A stretch of DNA of 38,276 bases from a virus (Duplodnaviria > Caudoviricetes): positions 1 to 38,276 of the IMG/VR virus record IMGVR_UViG_3300048060_000032. One strand, written 5' to 3'. Of the stretch, positions 37,328 through 38,276 are shown one piece after another. Position numbers and translations under genes: made by a program. Under the pieces are notes generated by a model. It saw nothing but the letters and a program-made list of their open reading frames with translations. It had not been told where the DNA came from and ran no database searches. How positions within the stretch are numbered: the stretch's first letter is position 1; every line of letters starts with the position of its first letter.

Positions 37328-37356
37328 GTTTACCTCTTTTCAATGACTGTTTACAT

Positions 37357-37467
37357 TATTGCCCGGTGTTAAGCTCTTTGGTTTCTGTTCAACATCGGCG
37401 AATAGCTGCGAGACCGGATAGTTGATAGCGCCGCTTCAGCAAACATCTGATATGTCTGGGCATCAAT
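37357..37467. repeat. Circularly permuted exact copy of repressor CDS segment 2629-2738
   Basis: 37357-37434 = 2661-2738 (78/78); 37435-37467 = 2629-2661 (33/33); same strand. Confidence 0.97.
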
Positions 37468-37477
37468 CTTATTCGGA

Positions 37478-37654
37478 TCATATCCCATGATTGTTTATAC
37501 AAACCTGCGGACGCTTGGTATTGCTTTGCTCATCATAATTTGCATAATCCCAATATCCCATACTACAATAAGTACTTCCATCATTGGGATGGTTGGCTTT
37601 ACATGGACAATCGTTACATAATCGACCATCGTCAAGTTTTATAGTTATTGTCAT
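37478..37654 (-). CDS. Small Cys-rich protein, 58 aa
   Basis: GGAGG RBS before the ATG at 37654; CNDCPC..C..C. The longer track ORF overlaps the promoter. Confidence 0.6.
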   Translation of the reverse strand: MTITIKLDDGRLCNDCPCKANHPNDGSTYCSMGYWDYANYDEQSNTKRPQVCINNHGI

Positions 37655-37708
37655 TACAATATATCCTCCGTTCTGTGTGTTACGCAATGCTATCCTGATC
37701 TTGATTGC

Positions 37709-37737
37709 AGTATAACTGCATAACCGTATGCTGTCAA
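37709..37737 (-). promoter_or_regulatory. Leftward sigma70 promoter with CATA-N4-TATG palindrome
   Basis: Minus strand TTGACA-GCATACGGTTATGCAGT-TATACT (17 bp spacer). Confidence 0.8.
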
Positions 37738-37833
37738 GCATTGTTTTAAATTATTTTTGTATAGCTCTCAATATAGTATATTAATCAATGGCTTAGCATA
37801 ATTACGTATGTGATAGATTAAGGCCGCACGCAC

Positions 37834-37862
37834 TTGACAATACTGTCTTGTGTGTGTATTAT
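37834..37862 (+). promoter_or_regulatory. Sigma70 promoter
   Basis: TTGACA, 17 bp spacer, TATTAT. Confidence 0.65.
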
Positions 37863-37961
37863 TAAGTTAATTATGGTCATCGTCTTCTCAATGATGTCGC
37901 TAACCAAAGGAGGACAAAATGGATAGCTACTAAATAAATTTAAAAGATATTTTATATTAGC

Positions 37962-37993
37962 AAGCCCCATCTACATTCAGGTGGGGCTTTTTT
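37962..37993 (+). terminator. Rho-independent terminator
   Basis: AAGCCCCATCT-acattc-AGGTGGGGCTT followed by a T run. Confidence 0.85.
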
Positions 37994-38276
37994 GTTTATA
38001 TACATCAATGACTTAGCACAACACACATACTGATTTAGTAATAATACATAACAAAATTGTTGCATCGTTGTTGCACTCGCTCTCTGTGCAACCGGTTTGA
38101 CTTGACATCGTAACACATGTGTGTATATACTTGATTAAGTTACGGCAAGCAACAGCTTGACAAACATATGACAGTGTGGGCAGGCAGACATGGCAAAGAC
38201 TAAACTACGTAAGTCCTTGAAAAACAAAAGGTACTGTGGCACTTGTTATGGAAATGGAGGGATTCTAGTCGCACAG

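Larger units (their letters stand above)
37783..38222. promoter_or_regulatory. Cluster of IHF-like sites (possible packaging/cos region)
   Basis: AATCAATGGCTTA (37783), CATCAATGACTTA (38003) and reverse TAAGTCCTTGAAA (38210) compared with WATCAANNNNTTR. Confidence 0.5.

Noticed and set aside
37187-37372. Plus-strand 61-aa ORF
   Set aside because: Antisense shadow of the RHH gene, which has an RBS and a recognisable fold.
37357-37467. DGR template/variable repeat pair
   Set aside because: No adenine-specific mismatches (100% identical) and no reverse transcriptase in the window.
37655-37741. N-terminal extension of the track ORF 37478-37741
   Set aside because: Overlaps a consensus promoter; the RBS supports the ATG at 37654.

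Overview
The whole window looks like most of one temperate myovirus genome, probably in excised/virion form. Left to right: the end of an LRR gene and small accessory genes; tyrosine integrase; a cI/Cro-like switch; an early operon (Xis-like HTH, adenine MTase, YqaJ exonuclease plus putative annealase, truncated MTase, replication initiator with iterons, Gp37/68, VRR-NUC); a 3' half of tRNA-Glu with a terminator (likely attP, 11 kb from int); a late operon (M15 endolysin, LamG module, lambda-type portal/S49 protease/decoration/capsid, Mu-type contractile tail); a short leftward regulatory operon; and a promoter- and IHF-rich right end. No terminase is visible. The most striking observation is a 100% identical but circularly permuted copy of 110 bp of the repressor coding sequence, 35 kb away in an intergenic region. 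Also notable are two copies of an intergenic three-way-junction RNA motif, a CxxCH lipoprotein inside the baseplate module, and a stand-alone small transcription unit near the right end. All family assignments come from motif recognition and synteny, not from database searches.
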